A program made the translations under genes and the position numbers. Below, in pieces: positions 1 to 14,150 of a stretch of 54,753 nucleotides of DNA; positions within the stretch are counted from its first letter, which is position 1, and the number at the start of each line of letters is the position of its first letter. The notes under the pieces were generated by a model that was not told where the DNA came from, did no database searches, and saw only the letters and a program-made list of their open reading frames with translations. The DNA lies in assembly GCA_032718475.1 (NCBI GenBank), contig JAUCBJ010003755.1, positions 1 to 54,753 on the forward strand. The letters are read 5' to 3'. This DNA is from Nemertoderma westbladi. Its lineage: Eukaryota; Animalia; Xenacoelomorpha.

Positions 1-1487
1 ACCGCGCACCCCCTTTGCCCTTCGAAATGCTCAACTTGCCATGCAGCGCCCGCTTTGTGAGAAAGGTAAGACTTTGTTCGACGCCCTTGCCCGCCGTAAG
101 ACCTATAGATCAGGGTAAGCGTGACACCGTACTGGACGCCGCAAATTTAGGATCAAATAATTATATCCAGACACCCCCCCTTTGTCAAGTCCTACGAATC
201 CCTGGGTTAACCTGTACTTCCTGCAGGTGCGAACTATTGCCATTCGTCAGTACGCGAGTACACATTAGGTACGGACAGCATACGTTCCATAATTTAGTGA
301 TTCATAGCACTGACTGTTTGGTACCGGTTCGCTTTGTAGAACGTACATTAGTACCCCCCCCCTCCTGTCTGGAGTTAGCTATTTGATCAGGCAAGGAGTA
401 TTTCTGCTACCGGCACACTGCTTGGCCTAGGGAGGTTTTATTAATATCCTACCGCGCCTTGCCACGTACTGATAGGTATTGCTGCTAACTACCGCAGCAA
501 CAAAGTTCTAGAATTAAATTAGTATACCAGATCAGCTAACGTACGGTAGCGATTAACCCCTATTCTTATCTTACAACCAGAATCTGGTATTAGTGCCGAT
601 CACGGGTGTAGTTACTAACACTGTGGTTGCCCATTGGGTTGTGGATAGGAAGGAGAGAGCTTTGACGTCATTCGTGAGTATAAAGTTCTACAAACGCGAC
701 TAGTTTATTTTAGTAGCTAGCGCACGGTATCATTTTAGTCAGAAAATCACTAAAACCTAGTAAAAGGAATTACACGAAATTGTTTTATTTGTAACACACC
801 CACACACACACGCCCTAAAACATATCGCCCTTAAAGTCCTACTAGCTATAGCGTACTATACATTACGTTAGGTGGAAATTATCTGTATTTGTAAAATTAG
901 GATCTGATTTAGTTGCGGCAAGATAAGGAGTATTTCACTTTCGTTATTAAACTGTTGTTTGTCTGGACAACGGTATTGTTACATTTAGGCCTGACCTTTT
1001 AGACTGATTTCGTACAGGGGGATCAGTTATTGTTACATTTAGGCACGACCTTTAGGCTGATTTCGACAGGGATGATCAGCATTGTTACACTAGGTCTGTT
1101 AACCACCTAGTTCGTATATAAACCATATAAATCACACCGCGGCAAGTTACTGTATTTAGGACTGTCAGTGATAGTTAGGATTCGCTGCGCGGGGATTGTT
1201 TTCCCGTGAGTTTGGTCTGTTACGGTAACTGTACATCTGCCTCACCGGTTAGAGGACAGGTATCCTTCTGTCTAGTACGTAGGCATTCGACCCGCTCACG
1301 TACATAGAATAGATACAAGGCTCTGTTCCTCGCCAGTAGTCGTTTGTGTACTATATCTGTTTGTTTAGATATCCTGGACTGGGATTTGTTGTCAGATACT
1401 GTACAAGCCCGTATACATTACTAGAGTCTCATAGTAAGATACATCGTTACTAGGATCTGGTAAGCGGTATACTACTGGACCCTTACA
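1..1487. mobile_element. Probable terminus of another LTR retroelement (LTR-like sequence) abutting the 15-bp satellite
   Basis: Non-repetitive sequence ends in ...CCCTTACA (TGTAAGGG on minus), a typical LTR terminus, and joins the satellite mid-unit. It contains TGACGTCA (663-670), TATAAA (679-684), ATTAAA (about 945) and an imperfect repeat of about 53 bp (975-1095). The partner LTR and TSD are not in the window. Confidence 0.4.
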
Positions 1488-4400
1488 AGTTGAGCAGACA
1501 CGAGTTGTACAGACACGAGTTGTACAGACACGAGTTGTACAGACACGAGTTGTACAGACTCGAGTTGTACAGATACGAGTTGTACAAACACGAGTTGTAC
1601 AGACACAAGTTGTAGAGACACCAGTTGTACAGACACGAGTTCAGACACGAGTTGTACAGACACGAGTTGTAGAGATACGAGAACAAACACGAGTTGTACA
1701 GACACGAGTTGTACAGATACGAGAACAAACACGAGTTGTACAGACACGAGTTGTACAGATACGAGAACAAACACGAGTTGTACAGACACGAGTTGTACAG
1801 ATACGAGAACAAACACGAGTTGTAAAGACACGAGTGGTCCGGACACAAGTTGTACAGACACAAGTTGTACAGATACGAGTACAAACACGAGTTGAACAGA
1901 CACGAGTTGTACAGACACGAGTTGTACAGATACGAGTTGTACAGAGATGAGTTGTGCAGACACGAGTTGTACAAACACGAATTGTACAGACACAAGATGT
2001 ACAGGCACAAGTTGTACAGACACGAGTAGTGCAGACATGAGTTGTACAGATACGAGTTGTACAGACAACGAGTTGTACAGACACGAGTTGTACAGACACG
2101 AATTGTACAGACACAAGTTGTACTGGCACAAGTTGTACAGACACGAGTTGTACAGACACGAGTTGTACAGATACGAGAACAAACACGAGTTGTACAGACA
2201 CGAGTTGTACAGATACGAGAACAAACACGAGTTGTACAGACACGAGTTGTCCGGACACAAGTTGTACAGACACAAGTTGTACAGACACGAGTTGTACAGA
2301 TACGAGAACAAACACGAGTTGTACAGACACAAGTTGTACAGATACGAGAACAAACACGAGTTGTACAGACACGAGTTGTCCGGACACAAGTTGTACAGAC
2401 ACAAGTTGTACAGAAACGAGTACAAACACGAGTTGAACAGACACGAGTTGTACAGACACGAGTTGTACAGATACGAGTTGTACAGACAACGAGTTGTACA
2501 GACACGAATTGTACAGACACAAGTTGTACAGACACGAGTTGTACAGATACGAGTTGTACAGACATGAGTTGTGCAGACACGAGTTGTACAGACACGAATT
2601 GTACAGACACAAGTTGTACAGGCACAAGTTGTACAGACACGAGTAGATCAGACACTAGTTGTACAGACACGAGTATTGCAGACACTAGTTGTAGAGACAC
2701 GAGTTGTACAGACACGAGTTGTTCAGACACGCGTTGCACAGACACGAGTTATACAGACACGAATTGTACAGACACGAGTAGTACAGACACGAGTTGTACA
2801 GATACGAGAACAAACACGAGTTGTACAGACACGAGTTGTACAGACACGAGTTGTACAGATACGAGTTGTACAGACAACGAGTTGTACAGACAACGAGTTG
2901 TACAGACACGAGTTGTACAGACACGAATTGTACAGACACAAGTTGTACAGGCACAGGTTGTACAGACACGAGTAGTGCAGACACGAGTTGTGCAGACACG
3001 AGTTGTACAGAAACGAGTTATACAAACACGAGTTGTATAGACACGAATTGTACAAACACGAGTTGTACAGACACGAATTATACAGACACAAGTTGTACAG
3101 ACACGAATTGTACAGACACGCGTTGAACAGACACGAGTTGTGCAGACACGAGTTGTACAGACACGAATTGTACAGACACAAGTTGTACAGGCACAAGTTG
3201 TACAGACACGAGTAGTGCAGACACTAGTTGTACAGACACGAGTATTGCAGACACTAGTTGTAGAGACACGAGTTGTACAGACACGAGTTGTTCAGAAACG
3301 CGTTGTACAGACACGAGTTATACAGACACGAGTTGTACAGACACGAGTTGTACAGACACGAGTTGTAGAGACACGAGTTGTACAGACACGAGTAGTGCAG
3401 ACACGAGTTGTACAGACACGAGTTGTGCAGACACGAGTTGTACAGTCACGATTTGTACAAACACGAGTAGTGCAGACACGAGTTGTACAGACACGAATTG
3501 TACAGACACTAGTTGTACAGACACGAGTTGTACAGACACGAGTTGTACAGACACGAGTTGTGCAGACACGAGTTGTACAGTCACGATTTGTACAAACACG
3601 AGTAGTGCAGACACGAGTTGTACAGACACGAATTGTACAGACACTAGTTGTACAGACACGAGTTGTACAGAAACGAGTTATACAAACACGAGTTGTATAG
3701 ACACGAATTGTACAAACACGAGTTGTACAGACACGAATTATACAGACACAAGTTGTACAAACACGAATTGTACAGACACGCGCTGACAGACACGAGTTAT
3801 ACTGACACGAGTTGTACAGAAACGAGTAGTGCAGACACGAGTTGTAGAGACACGAGTTGTATAGACACGAGTTGTACAGACACGAGTTGTACAGACACGA
3901 GTTGTGCAGACACGAGTTGTACAGTCACGATTTGTACAAACACGAGTAGTGCAGACACGAGTTGTACAGACACGAATTGTACAGACACTAGTTGTACAGA
4001 CACGAGTTATACAGACACGAGTTGTAGAGACACGAGTTGTACAGACACGAGGGGTGCTGACAATAGTTGTAAAGACACGAGTTGTACAGACACGAGTTGA
4101 GCAGACACGAGTTGTACAGACACGAGTTGTACAGACACGAGTTATACAGACACGAGTTGTACAGACACGAGTTGTACAAACACGAGTTGTACAAACACGA
4201 GTTGTACAGACGAGTTGTGCAGACACGAGTTGTACAGACACGAATTGTGCAGACACCAGTTGTACAGACACGAGTTGTACAGACACGAGTTGTGCAGACA
4301 CGAGTTGTGCAGACACGAGTTGTACAGACACGAGTAGTGCAGACACTAGTTGTAGAGACACGAGTTGTACAGACACGAATTGTGCAGACACGAGTTGTAC

Positions 4401-7400
4401 AGACACGAGTTGTACAGACACGAGTTGTGCAGACACGAGTTGTACAGACACGAGTAGTGCAGACACTAGTTGTAGAGACACGAGTTGTACAGACACGAGT
4501 TGTACAGACAGGAGTTGTGCAGACACTGGTTATAGAGACACGAGTTGTACAGACACGAGGCGTACAGACACTAGTTGTACAGACACGAGTTATACAGACA
4601 CGAGTTGTAGAGACACGAGTTGTACAGACACGAGGAGTGCTGACAATAGTTGTAAAGACACGAGTTGTACAGACACGAGTTGAGCAGACACGAGTTGTAC
4701 AGACACGAGTTGTACAGACACGAGTTGTACAGACACGAGTTGTACAGACACGAGTTGTACAAACACGAGTAGTGCAGACACTGGTTATAGAGACACGAGT
4801 TGTACAGACACGAGGTGTACAGACACTAGTTGTACAGACACGAGTTATACAGACACGAGTTCTAGAGACACGAGTTGTACAGACACGAGGAGTGCTGACA
4901 ATAGTTGTAAAGACACGAGTTGTACAGACACGAGTTGAGCAGACACGAGTTGTACAGACACGAGTTGTACAGACACGAGTAGTACAGACACGAGTTGTAC
5001 AGACACGAGTTGTACAAACACGAGTTGTACAAACACGAGTTGTACAAACACGAGTTGTACAGACGAGTTGTGCAGACACGAGTTGTACAGACACGAATTG
5101 TGCAGACACCAGTTGTACAGACACGAGTTGTACAGACACGAGTTGTGCAGACACGAGTTGTACAGACACGAGTAGTGCAGACACTAGTTGTACAGACACG
5201 AGTATTGCAGACACTAGTTGTAGAGACACGAGTTGTACAGACACGAGTTGTTCAGAAACGCGTTGTACAGACACGAGTTATACAGACACGAGTTGTACAG
5301 ACACGAGTTGTACAGACACGAGTTGTAGAGACACGAGTTGTACAGACACGAGTAGTGCAGACACGAGTTGTACAGACACGAGTTGTGCAGACACGAGTTG
5401 TACAGTCACGATTTGTACAAACACGAGTAGTGCAGACACGAGTTGTACAGACACGAATTGTACAGACACTAGTTGTACAGACACGAGTTGTACAGACACG
5501 AGTTGTACAGACACGAGTTGTGCAGACACGAGTTGTACAGTCACGATTTGTACAAACACGAGTAGTGCAGACACGAGTTGTACAGACACGAATTGTACAG
5601 ACACTAGTTGTACAGACACGAGTTGTACAGAAACGAGTTATACAAACACGAGTTGTATAGACACGAATTGTACAAACACGAGTTGTACAGACACGAATTA
5701 TACAGACACAAGTTGTACAAACACGAATTGTACAGACACGCGCTGACAGACACGAGTTATACTGACACGAGTTGTACAGAAACGAGTAGTGCAGACACGA
5801 GTTGTAGAGACACGAGTTGTATAGACACGAGTTGTACAGACACGAGTTGTACAGACACGAGTTGTGCAGACACGAGTTGTACAGTCACGATTTGTACAAA
5901 CACGAGTAGTGCAGACACGAGTTGTACAGACACGAATTGTACAGACACTAGTTGTACAGACACGAGTTATACAGACACGAGTTGTAGAGACACGAGTTGT
6001 ACAGACACGAGGAGTGCTGACAATAGTTGTAAAGACACGAGTTGTACAGACACGAGTTGAGCAGACACGAGTTGTACAGACACGAGTTGCACAGACACGA
6101 GTTATACAGACACGAGTTGTACAGACACGAGTTGTACAAACACGAGTTGTACAAACACGAGTTGTACAGACGAGTTGTGCAGACACGAGTTGTACAGACA
6201 CGAATTGTGCAGACACCAGTTGTACAGACACGAGTTGTACAGACACGAGTTGTGCAGACACGAGTTGTGCAGACACGAGTTGTACAGACACGAGTAGTGC
6301 AGACACTAGTTGTAGAGACACGAGTTGTACAGACACGAATTGTGCAGACACGAGTTGTACAGACACGAGTTGTACAGACACGAGTTTTGCAGACACGAGT
6401 TGTACAGACACGAGTAGTGCAGACACTAGTTGTAGAGACACGAGTTGTACAGACACGAGTTGTACAGACAGGAGTTGTGCAGACACTGGTTATAGAGACA
6501 CGAGTTGTACAGACACGAGGCGTACAGACACTAGTTGTACAGACACGAGTTATACAGACACGAGTTGTAGAGACACGAGTTGTACAGACACGAGGAGTGC
6601 TGACAATAGTTGTAAAGACACGAGTTGTACAGACACGAGTTGAGCAGACACGAGTTGTACAGACACGAGTTGTACAGACACGAGTTGTACAGACACGAGT
6701 TGTACAGACACGAGTTGTACAGACACGAGTTGTACAAACACGAGTAGTGCAGACACTGGTTATAGAGACACGAGTTGTACAGACACGAGGTGTACAGACA
6801 CTAGTTGTACAGACACGAGTTATACAGACACGAGTTCTAGAGACACGAGTTGTACAGACACGAGGAGTGCTGACAATAGTTGTAAAGACACGAGTTGTAC
6901 AGACACGAGTTGAGCAGACACGAGTTGTACAGACACGAGTTGTACAGACACGAGTAGTACAGACACGAGTTGTACAGACACGAGTTGTACAAACACGAGT
7001 TGTACAAACACGAGTTGTACAAACACGAGTTGTACAGACGAGTTGTGCAGACACGAGTTGTACAGACACGAATTGTGCAGACACCAGTTGTACAGACACG
7101 AGTTGTACAGACACGAGTTGTGCAGACACGAGTTGTACAGACACGAGTAGTGCAGACACTAGTTGTAGAGACACGAGTTGTACAGACACGAATTGTGCAG
7201 ACAAGAGTTGTACAGACAGGAGTTGTACAGACACGAGTTGTGCAGACACGAGTTGTACAGACACGAGTAGTGCAGACGCTAGTTGTAGAGACACGAGTTG
7301 TACAGACACGAGTTGTACAGACACGAGTTGTACAGACAGGAGTTGTGCAGACACGAGTTGTACAGACACGAGTTGTACAGACACGAGTTGTGCAGACACG

Positions 7401-10400
7401 ATTTGTACAAACACGAGTAGTGCAGACATTGGTTATAGAGACACGAGTTGTACAGACACGAGTCGTACAGACAATAGTTGTACAGACACGAGTTGTACAG
7501 ACACGAGTTGTAAAAACACGAATTTTACAGACACAAATTGTACAGACACGAGTTGTGCAGACACGAGTTATACGGACACGAATTGTACAAACACGAGTTG
7601 TACAGACACGAACTGTACAGACACAAGTTGTACAGACACGAGTTGTGCAGACACGAGTTGTACAGACACGTGTTGTACAGACACGTGTTGTACAGACACG
7701 AGTTGTACAGACACGAATTGTACAGACACGCGTTGAACAGACACGAGTTGTGCAGACACGAGTTGTACAGACACGAATTGTACAGACACAAGTTGTACAG
7801 GCACAAGTTGTACAGACACGAGTAGTGCAGACACTAGTTGTACAGACACGAGTATTGCAGACACTAGTTGTAGAGACACGAGTTGTACAGACACGAGTTG
7901 TTCAGAAACGCGTTGTACAGACACGAGTTATACAGACACGAGTTGTACAGACGCGTTTTGTACAGACACGAGTTGTAGAGACACGAGTTGTACAGACACG
8001 AGTAGTGCAGACACGAGTTGTACAGACACGAGTTGTGCAGACACGAGTTGTACAGTCACGATTTGTACAAACACGAGTAGTGCAGACACGAGTTGTACAG
8101 ACACGAATTGTACAGACACTAGTTGTACAGACACGAGTTGTACAGACACGAGTTGTACAGACACGAGTTGTGCAGACACGAGTTGTACAGTCACGATTTG
8201 TACAAACACGAGTAGTGCAGACACGAGTTGTACAGACACGAATTGTACAGACACTAGTTGTACAGACACGAGTTGTACAGAAACGAGTTATACAAACACG
8301 AGTTGTATAGACACGAATTGTACAAACACGAGTTGTACAGACACGAATTATACAGACACAAGTTGTACAAACACGAATTGTACAGACACGCGCTGACAGA
8401 CACGAGTTATACTGACACGAGTTGTACAGAAACGAGTAGTGCAGACACGAGTTGTAGAGACACGAGTTGTATAGACACGAGTTGTACAGACACGAGTTGT
8501 ACAGACACGAGTTGTGCAGACACGAGTTGTACAGTCACGATTTGTACAAACACGAGTAGTGCAGACACGAGTTGTACAGACACGAATTGTACAGACACTA
8601 GTTGTACAGACACGAGTTATACAGACACGAGTTGTAGAGACACGAGTTGTACAGACACGAGGAGTGCTGACAATAGTTGTAAAGACACGAGTTGTACAGA
8701 CACGAGTTGAGCAGACACGAGTTGTACAGACACGAGTTGTACAGACACGAGTTGTACAGACACGAGTTGTACAGACACGAGTTGTACAAACACGAGTTGT
8801 ACAAACACGAGTTGTACAGACGAGTTGTGCAGACACGAGTTGTACAGACACGAATTGTGCAGACACCAGTTGTACAGACACGAGTTGTACAGACACGAGT
8901 TGTGCAGACACGAGTTGTGCAGACACGAGTTGTACAGACACGAGTAGTGCAGACACTAGTTGTAGAGACACGAGTTGTACAGACACGAATTGTGCAGACA
9001 CGAGTTGTACAGACACGAGTTGTACAGACACGAGTTGTGCAGACACGAGTTGTACAGACACGAGTAGTGCAGACACTAGTTGTAGAGACACGAGTTGTAC
9101 AGACACGAGTTGTACAGACAGGAGTTGTGCAGACACTGGTTATAGAGACACGAGTTGTACAGACACGAGGCGTACAGACACTAGTTGTACAGACACGAGT
9201 TATACAGACACGAGTTGTAGAGACACGAGTTGTACAGACACGAGGAGTGCTGACAATAGTTGTAAAGACACGAGTTGTACAGACACGAGTTGAGCAGACA
9301 CGAGTTGTACAGACACGAGTTGTACAGACACGAGTTGTACAGACACGAGTTGTACAGACACGAGTTGTACAAACACGAGTAGTGCAGACACTGGTTATAG
9401 AGACACGAGTTGTACAGACACGAGGTGTACAGACACTAGTTGTACAGACACGAGTTATACAGACACGAGTTCTAGAGACACGAGTTGTACAGACACGAGG
9501 AGTGCTGACAATAGTTGTAAAGACACGAGTTGTACAGACACGAGTTGAGCAGACACGAGTTGTACAGACACGAGTTGTACAGACACGAGTAGTACAGACA
9601 CGAGTTGTACAGACACGAGTTGTACAAACACGAGTTGTACAAACACGAGTTGTACAAACACGAGTTGTACAGACGAGTTGTGCAGACACGAGTTGTACAG
9701 ACACGAATTGTGCAGACACCAGTTGTACAGACACGAGTTGTACAGACACGAGTTGTGCAGACACGAGTTGTACAGACACGAGTAGTGCAGACACTAGTTG
9801 TAGAGACACGAGTTGTACAGACACGAATTGTGCAGACAAGAGTTGTACAGACAGGAGTTGTACAGACACGAGTTGTGCAGACACGAGTTGTACAGACACG
9901 AGTAGTGCAGACGCTAGTTGTAGAGACACGAGTTGTACAGACACGAGTTGTACAGACACGAGTTGTACAGACAGGAGTTGTGCAGACACGAGTTGTACAG
10001 ACACGAGTTGTACATACACGAGTTGTGCAGACACGATTTGTACAAACACGAGTAGTGCAGACATTGGTTATAGAGACACGAGTTGTACAGACACGAGTCG
10101 TACAGACAATAGTTGTACAGACACGAGTTGTACAGACACGAGTTGTACAGACAATAGTTGTAAAAACACGAATTTTACAGACACAAATTGTACAGACACG
10201 AGTTGTGCAGACACGAGTTATACGGACACGAATTGTACAAACACGAGTTGTACAGACACGAACTGTACAGACACAAGTTGTACAGACACGAGTTGTGCAG
10301 ACACGAGTTGTACAGACACGTGTTGTACAGACACGTGTTGTACAGACACGAGTTGTACAGACACGAATTGTGCAGACACGAGTTGTACAGACACGAGTTG

Positions 10401-12110
10401 TACAGACACGAGTTGTACAAACACGAATTGTACAGACACGAGTTGTACAGACACGAGTTGTGCAGGCACGATTTGTACAGACATGAGTTGTACAGACACG
10501 AATTGTGCAGACATGAGTTGTAGAGACACGAGAAGTGCAGATACTAGTTGTACAGACGCGAGTTGTACAGACAAGAGTTTTACAGACGAGTTGCGCAGAC
10601 ACGAGTTGTACAAACACGAGTTGTACAGACACGAGTTGTACAAACACGAGTTGTACAGACACGAATTTTACAGAAACAAGTTATACAGACACGAGTTGTA
10701 CAGACGAGTTGTGCAGACACGAGTTGTAGAGACACGAGTTGCACAGACACGAGTTGTACAGACACGAGTAGTGCAGACAATAGTTGTAGAGACACGAGTT
10801 GTAGAGACACGAGTTGTACAGACACGAGTAGTGCTGACAATAGTTGTAAAGACACGAGTTGCACAGACACGAGTAGTGCAGACAATAGTTGTACAGACAC
10901 GAGTTGTACAGACACGAGTAGTGCAGACAATAGTTGTAAAGACACGAGTTGTACAGACACGAGTTGTACAGACACGAGTTGTACAGACACGAGTTGTACA
11001 AACACGAGTTGTACAAACACGAGTTGTACAGACTAGTTGTACAAACACGAGTTGTACAGACGAGTTGTGCAGACACGAGTTGTACAGACACGAATTGTGC
11101 AGACACGAGTTGTACAGACACGAGTTGTACAGACACGAGTTGTACAGACACGAGTTGAGCAGACACGAGTTGTACAGCCACGAGTTGTACAGACACGAGT
11201 TGTAGAGACACGAGTTGTACAGACACGAGTTGTACAGACACGAGTTGTACAAACACGAGTTGTACAAACACGAGTTGTACAGACAAGTTGTGCAGACACG
11301 AGTTGTACAGACACGAATTGTGCAGACACGAGTTGTACAGACACGAGTTGTAGAGACACGAGTTGTACAGAAACAAGTTGTACTGACACGAGTTGTACAG
11401 ACACGAGTTGTACAGACACGAGTTGTAGAGACACCAGTTGTACAGACACGAGTTGTACAGACACGAGTTGTACAGACTCGAGTTGTACAGACACGAGATG
11501 TGCAGACACGAGTTGTACAGACACGCGTTGTACAGACACGAGTTGTACAGAGACGAGTTGTACAGACACGAGTAGTGCAGACACTAGTTGTACAGACACG
11601 AGTAGTGCAGACACTGGTTGTAGAGACACGAGTTGTACAGACACGAGTTGTACAGACACGCGATGTACAGACACGAGTTGTGCCGACACGAGTTGTACAG
11701 ACACGAGTTGCACAGACACGAGTTGTACAGACACGAGTTGTACAGACACGAGTAGTGCAGACACTAGTTGTACAGACACGAGTTGTACAGACACGAGTTG
11801 TAGAGACACGAGTTCTATAGACACGAGTTGTACAGACATGAGTAGTGCAGACACGCGTTGTACAGACACGAGTAGTGCAGACACGAATTGTGCAGACACG
11901 AGTTGTACAGACACGAGTTGTACAGACACGAGTTGTACAGACACGAGTAGTGCAGACACGAGTTGTAAAGACACGAGTTGTACAGACACGAGTTGTACAG
12001 ACACGAGTTGTACAGACACGAGTTGTACAGACACGAGTTGTACAGACACGAGTTGTACAGACACGAGTTGTACAGACACGAGTTGTACAGACACGAGTTG
12101 TACAAACACT
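1488..12110. repeat. 15-bp satellite (consensus ACAGACACGAGTTGT), about 10.6 kb and about 700 units, with kb-scale higher-order duplications
   Basis: Direct periodicity. The diagnostic variant CGCTGACAGA recurs at 3781, 5741 and 8391 (spacings 1960 and 2650 bp). TACGGACACG recurs at 7571 and 10221. Confidence 0.99.
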
Positions 12111-12179
12111 ACTGTAGTTATCCACATATGAGTTGTCAATATCTGTTGTGAATCTAAAATAAACAGACCAACCACATAC

Positions 12180-12318
12180 CTCCCCGATAATGCCTATACG
12201 TTTTCTGTCTATATATGATTGGTTGCGAAGGAATTCGATCGCTTAATAATTGGTCATCTGCGTTTCCCAACACCAAGTTGGCCGTAGTCTGCATTACATA
12301 AATCATCTCCATGGAAAC
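12180..12318 (-). pseudogene. DPP4/DPP6/DPP10-like (S9B) exon, start of catalytic domain, with two apparent +1 frameshifts
   Basis: Acceptor ttttacgcag|GT and donor GAG|gtatgt. It reads (S)FHGDDLCNADYGQLGV/GNADDQLL/AIEFLRNQSYIDRKRIGIIGE, matching the family pattern G.QG......LG..E..DQI.A...L....ID..RI.I.G. The three segments lie in three successive frames. Confidence 0.8.
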
Positions 12319-12594
12319 CTGCGTAAAAGTGTAGTGTATAAAAAATACTGAATAAACCTAGCCTACAAGGTGTTACTTACTTAATCTACAGTACACAACC
12401 ACGGTGGCTGATTGCGGCCAGTTGTTTCCATTTGTTTTATTTTACCCCCCCCCCCCCCCCCCCGCACCCCCGCCCCGCCATATGACCAGTATGGAAATAA
12501 ATGTTATATATTTATTTCCAACGTAATACTTAATTGTATTCTTAGGTTTATACTATTTTGTTGCTTAATTCATAAATAATTAGTGATGACTTAA

Positions 12595-13544
12595 GGGGGG
12601 TGGGGGGGGAGGGGGGGGGGAGGGGGGTGTGGAGGGGGGGGGGATGGGGGGGGGAGGCATAACCCCACCCCTAGCAACGTTTTTTGAAATGGCCCATTAC
12701 TTTGGGTTACAGTTTAATATAAAAATTTTATCGTCGCCAGCGAAATGTCTGGAAGGCCAAAAAGTCTCCAACGTAAATTTGAAAATTTTTAGCCTCCCCC
12801 TAGCGGCTGGCGGCAAAATAAGAATTTAACTAAAACCACTACTAGTCACTCAATCTTGGTCCAAATTTCTTTAAATCAACTTTTTTGGATTCAGCACGAT
12901 CGACCTCTACAAAGTTATCTTATAATTTTTAATTATCTAATTTTAATTAAAGTAATTAATTTAGTTAATTAATTATAATATTTTGATTAAAAATTGCTAA
13001 TTACATGAAGTATAAAGAGTATTTTGAAATTCTATAAGATAAATGTTAAAGAACTGCCGACACCATTTCAAATGTCAAATGAGTCTAAAATAATGAGATT
13101 TGGTTGGAAAATGGCGGATGAGTATAGTGTTTTGACGATTAAAAATATATTTCTGAGATGATTGAATTTAAAGTGTGAGATGCTACCCGCTGACCCGCGC
13201 AAAAACTGTTAATACAGTAGGCCTATGTATGTTTATGTAAGAATGTCTGTCAATATCGCCAACATGTCGAGCCAACAAGAAAGCACAAAACAATGCTAAG
13301 ATTTTTGTCACGGGTTTTCCTGGTCAATGATTTCATTTCTGAGGTCAGTTTTAATATTTGATGACTTCCAAATTGTCTGGTTGGCTGTCGATTATATTTT
13401 GACGGACAGACAGACAGGCATAAAAGGTATTTCTAAACGGTTTTCAAATTTGGAATTTGATAAAAATGTGCTCTAGATAAAATAATAAAAACAATTTTGA
13501 AAAAAAATTCGAAAGTGGGGCTACCACCCCCCCCCCCCCTCCCC
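12595..13544. mobile_element. Putative non-autonomous DNA transposon flanked by TTAA (Kolobok-like termini TTAA-GG...CC-TTAA)
   Basis: TTAA at 12591-12594 is followed by G runs, and C runs are followed by TTAA at 13545-13548. The interior is AT-rich and non-coding. TIR similarity beyond the G/C runs is weak. Confidence 0.45.
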
Positions 13545-13828
13545 TTAATGATATGGAACGTAGTACCCCCCCCCCCCCCCCCCTTAAAGATATGGAACGT
13601 AGTACCCCCCCCCCCTTAATGATATGGAACATAGTACCCCCCCCCCCTTAAAGATATGGAACGTAGTACCCCCCCCCCCCCCCCCCTTAAAGATATGGAA
13701 CGTAGTACCCCCACCCCCCCCTTAATGATATGGAACATAGTACCCCCACCCCCCCTTAATGATATGGAACATAGTACCCCCCCACCCCCCCTTAATGATA
13801 TGGAACATAGTACCCCCCCCCCCCCCTA
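13527..13828. repeat. Minisatellite (C)n-TTAA(T/A)GATATGGAAC(G/A)TAGTA, 8 copies with variable poly-C
   Basis: GATATGGAAC occurs 8 times between about 13550 and 13806, separated by C tracts of variable length. Confidence 0.95.
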
Positions 13829-13964
13829 ATTGAACTTCTATATATCGTTAGCGAGCTCGCAACGAACATTTTTATCGCACCCCAATAACAACTTCGCTAA
13901 GGGAACCCCCCCGTACCCCAAGGTTGAATATTATGATATTATTCGACAAGAAAAATTCACGAAC

Positions 13965-14150
13965 TTGAGCCACTGCCGTCCACTTCCGCCACCATCACAT
14001 CCAAAGTGCCAACCAGATGTTGCGCCCACAAGCTGTTGGCAATACCGTCGGTTAATATGGAGCTTTCCGGTCGGGTTACCATAGAAACTAGTAGAGGGTA
14101 TTGGTATTCTTCGTCGTAATTTGGAGGGGTGTAGAGTTTAATCCAAATCC
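13965..14150 (-). CDS. DPP4/DPP6/DPP10-like exon (IWIKLYTPPNYDEEYQYPLLVSMVTRPES...VMVAEVDGSGS)
   Basis: Matches the S9B signature W....PP.FD...KYPLL....GP.SQ........W...L......VA..DGRGS. Acceptor tttatag|GG (phase 1) and probable donor A|gttcgt (phase 1). 186 nt, open, and in phase with both neighbouring exons. Confidence 0.88.

Noticed and set aside
15-386. 123-aa ORF at the window start
   Set aside because: No ATG start and no recognisable motif; it lies within LTR-like sequence.
1472-12175. Long ORFs (DTSCT, QTRVV, YRHEL repeats) resembling Thr/Cys-rich antifreeze or pentapeptide-repeat proteins
   Set aside because: The 15-mer consensus has no stop in any of six frames. Indels switch frames at random, there is no unique N- or C-terminus, and the array lies in an intron.
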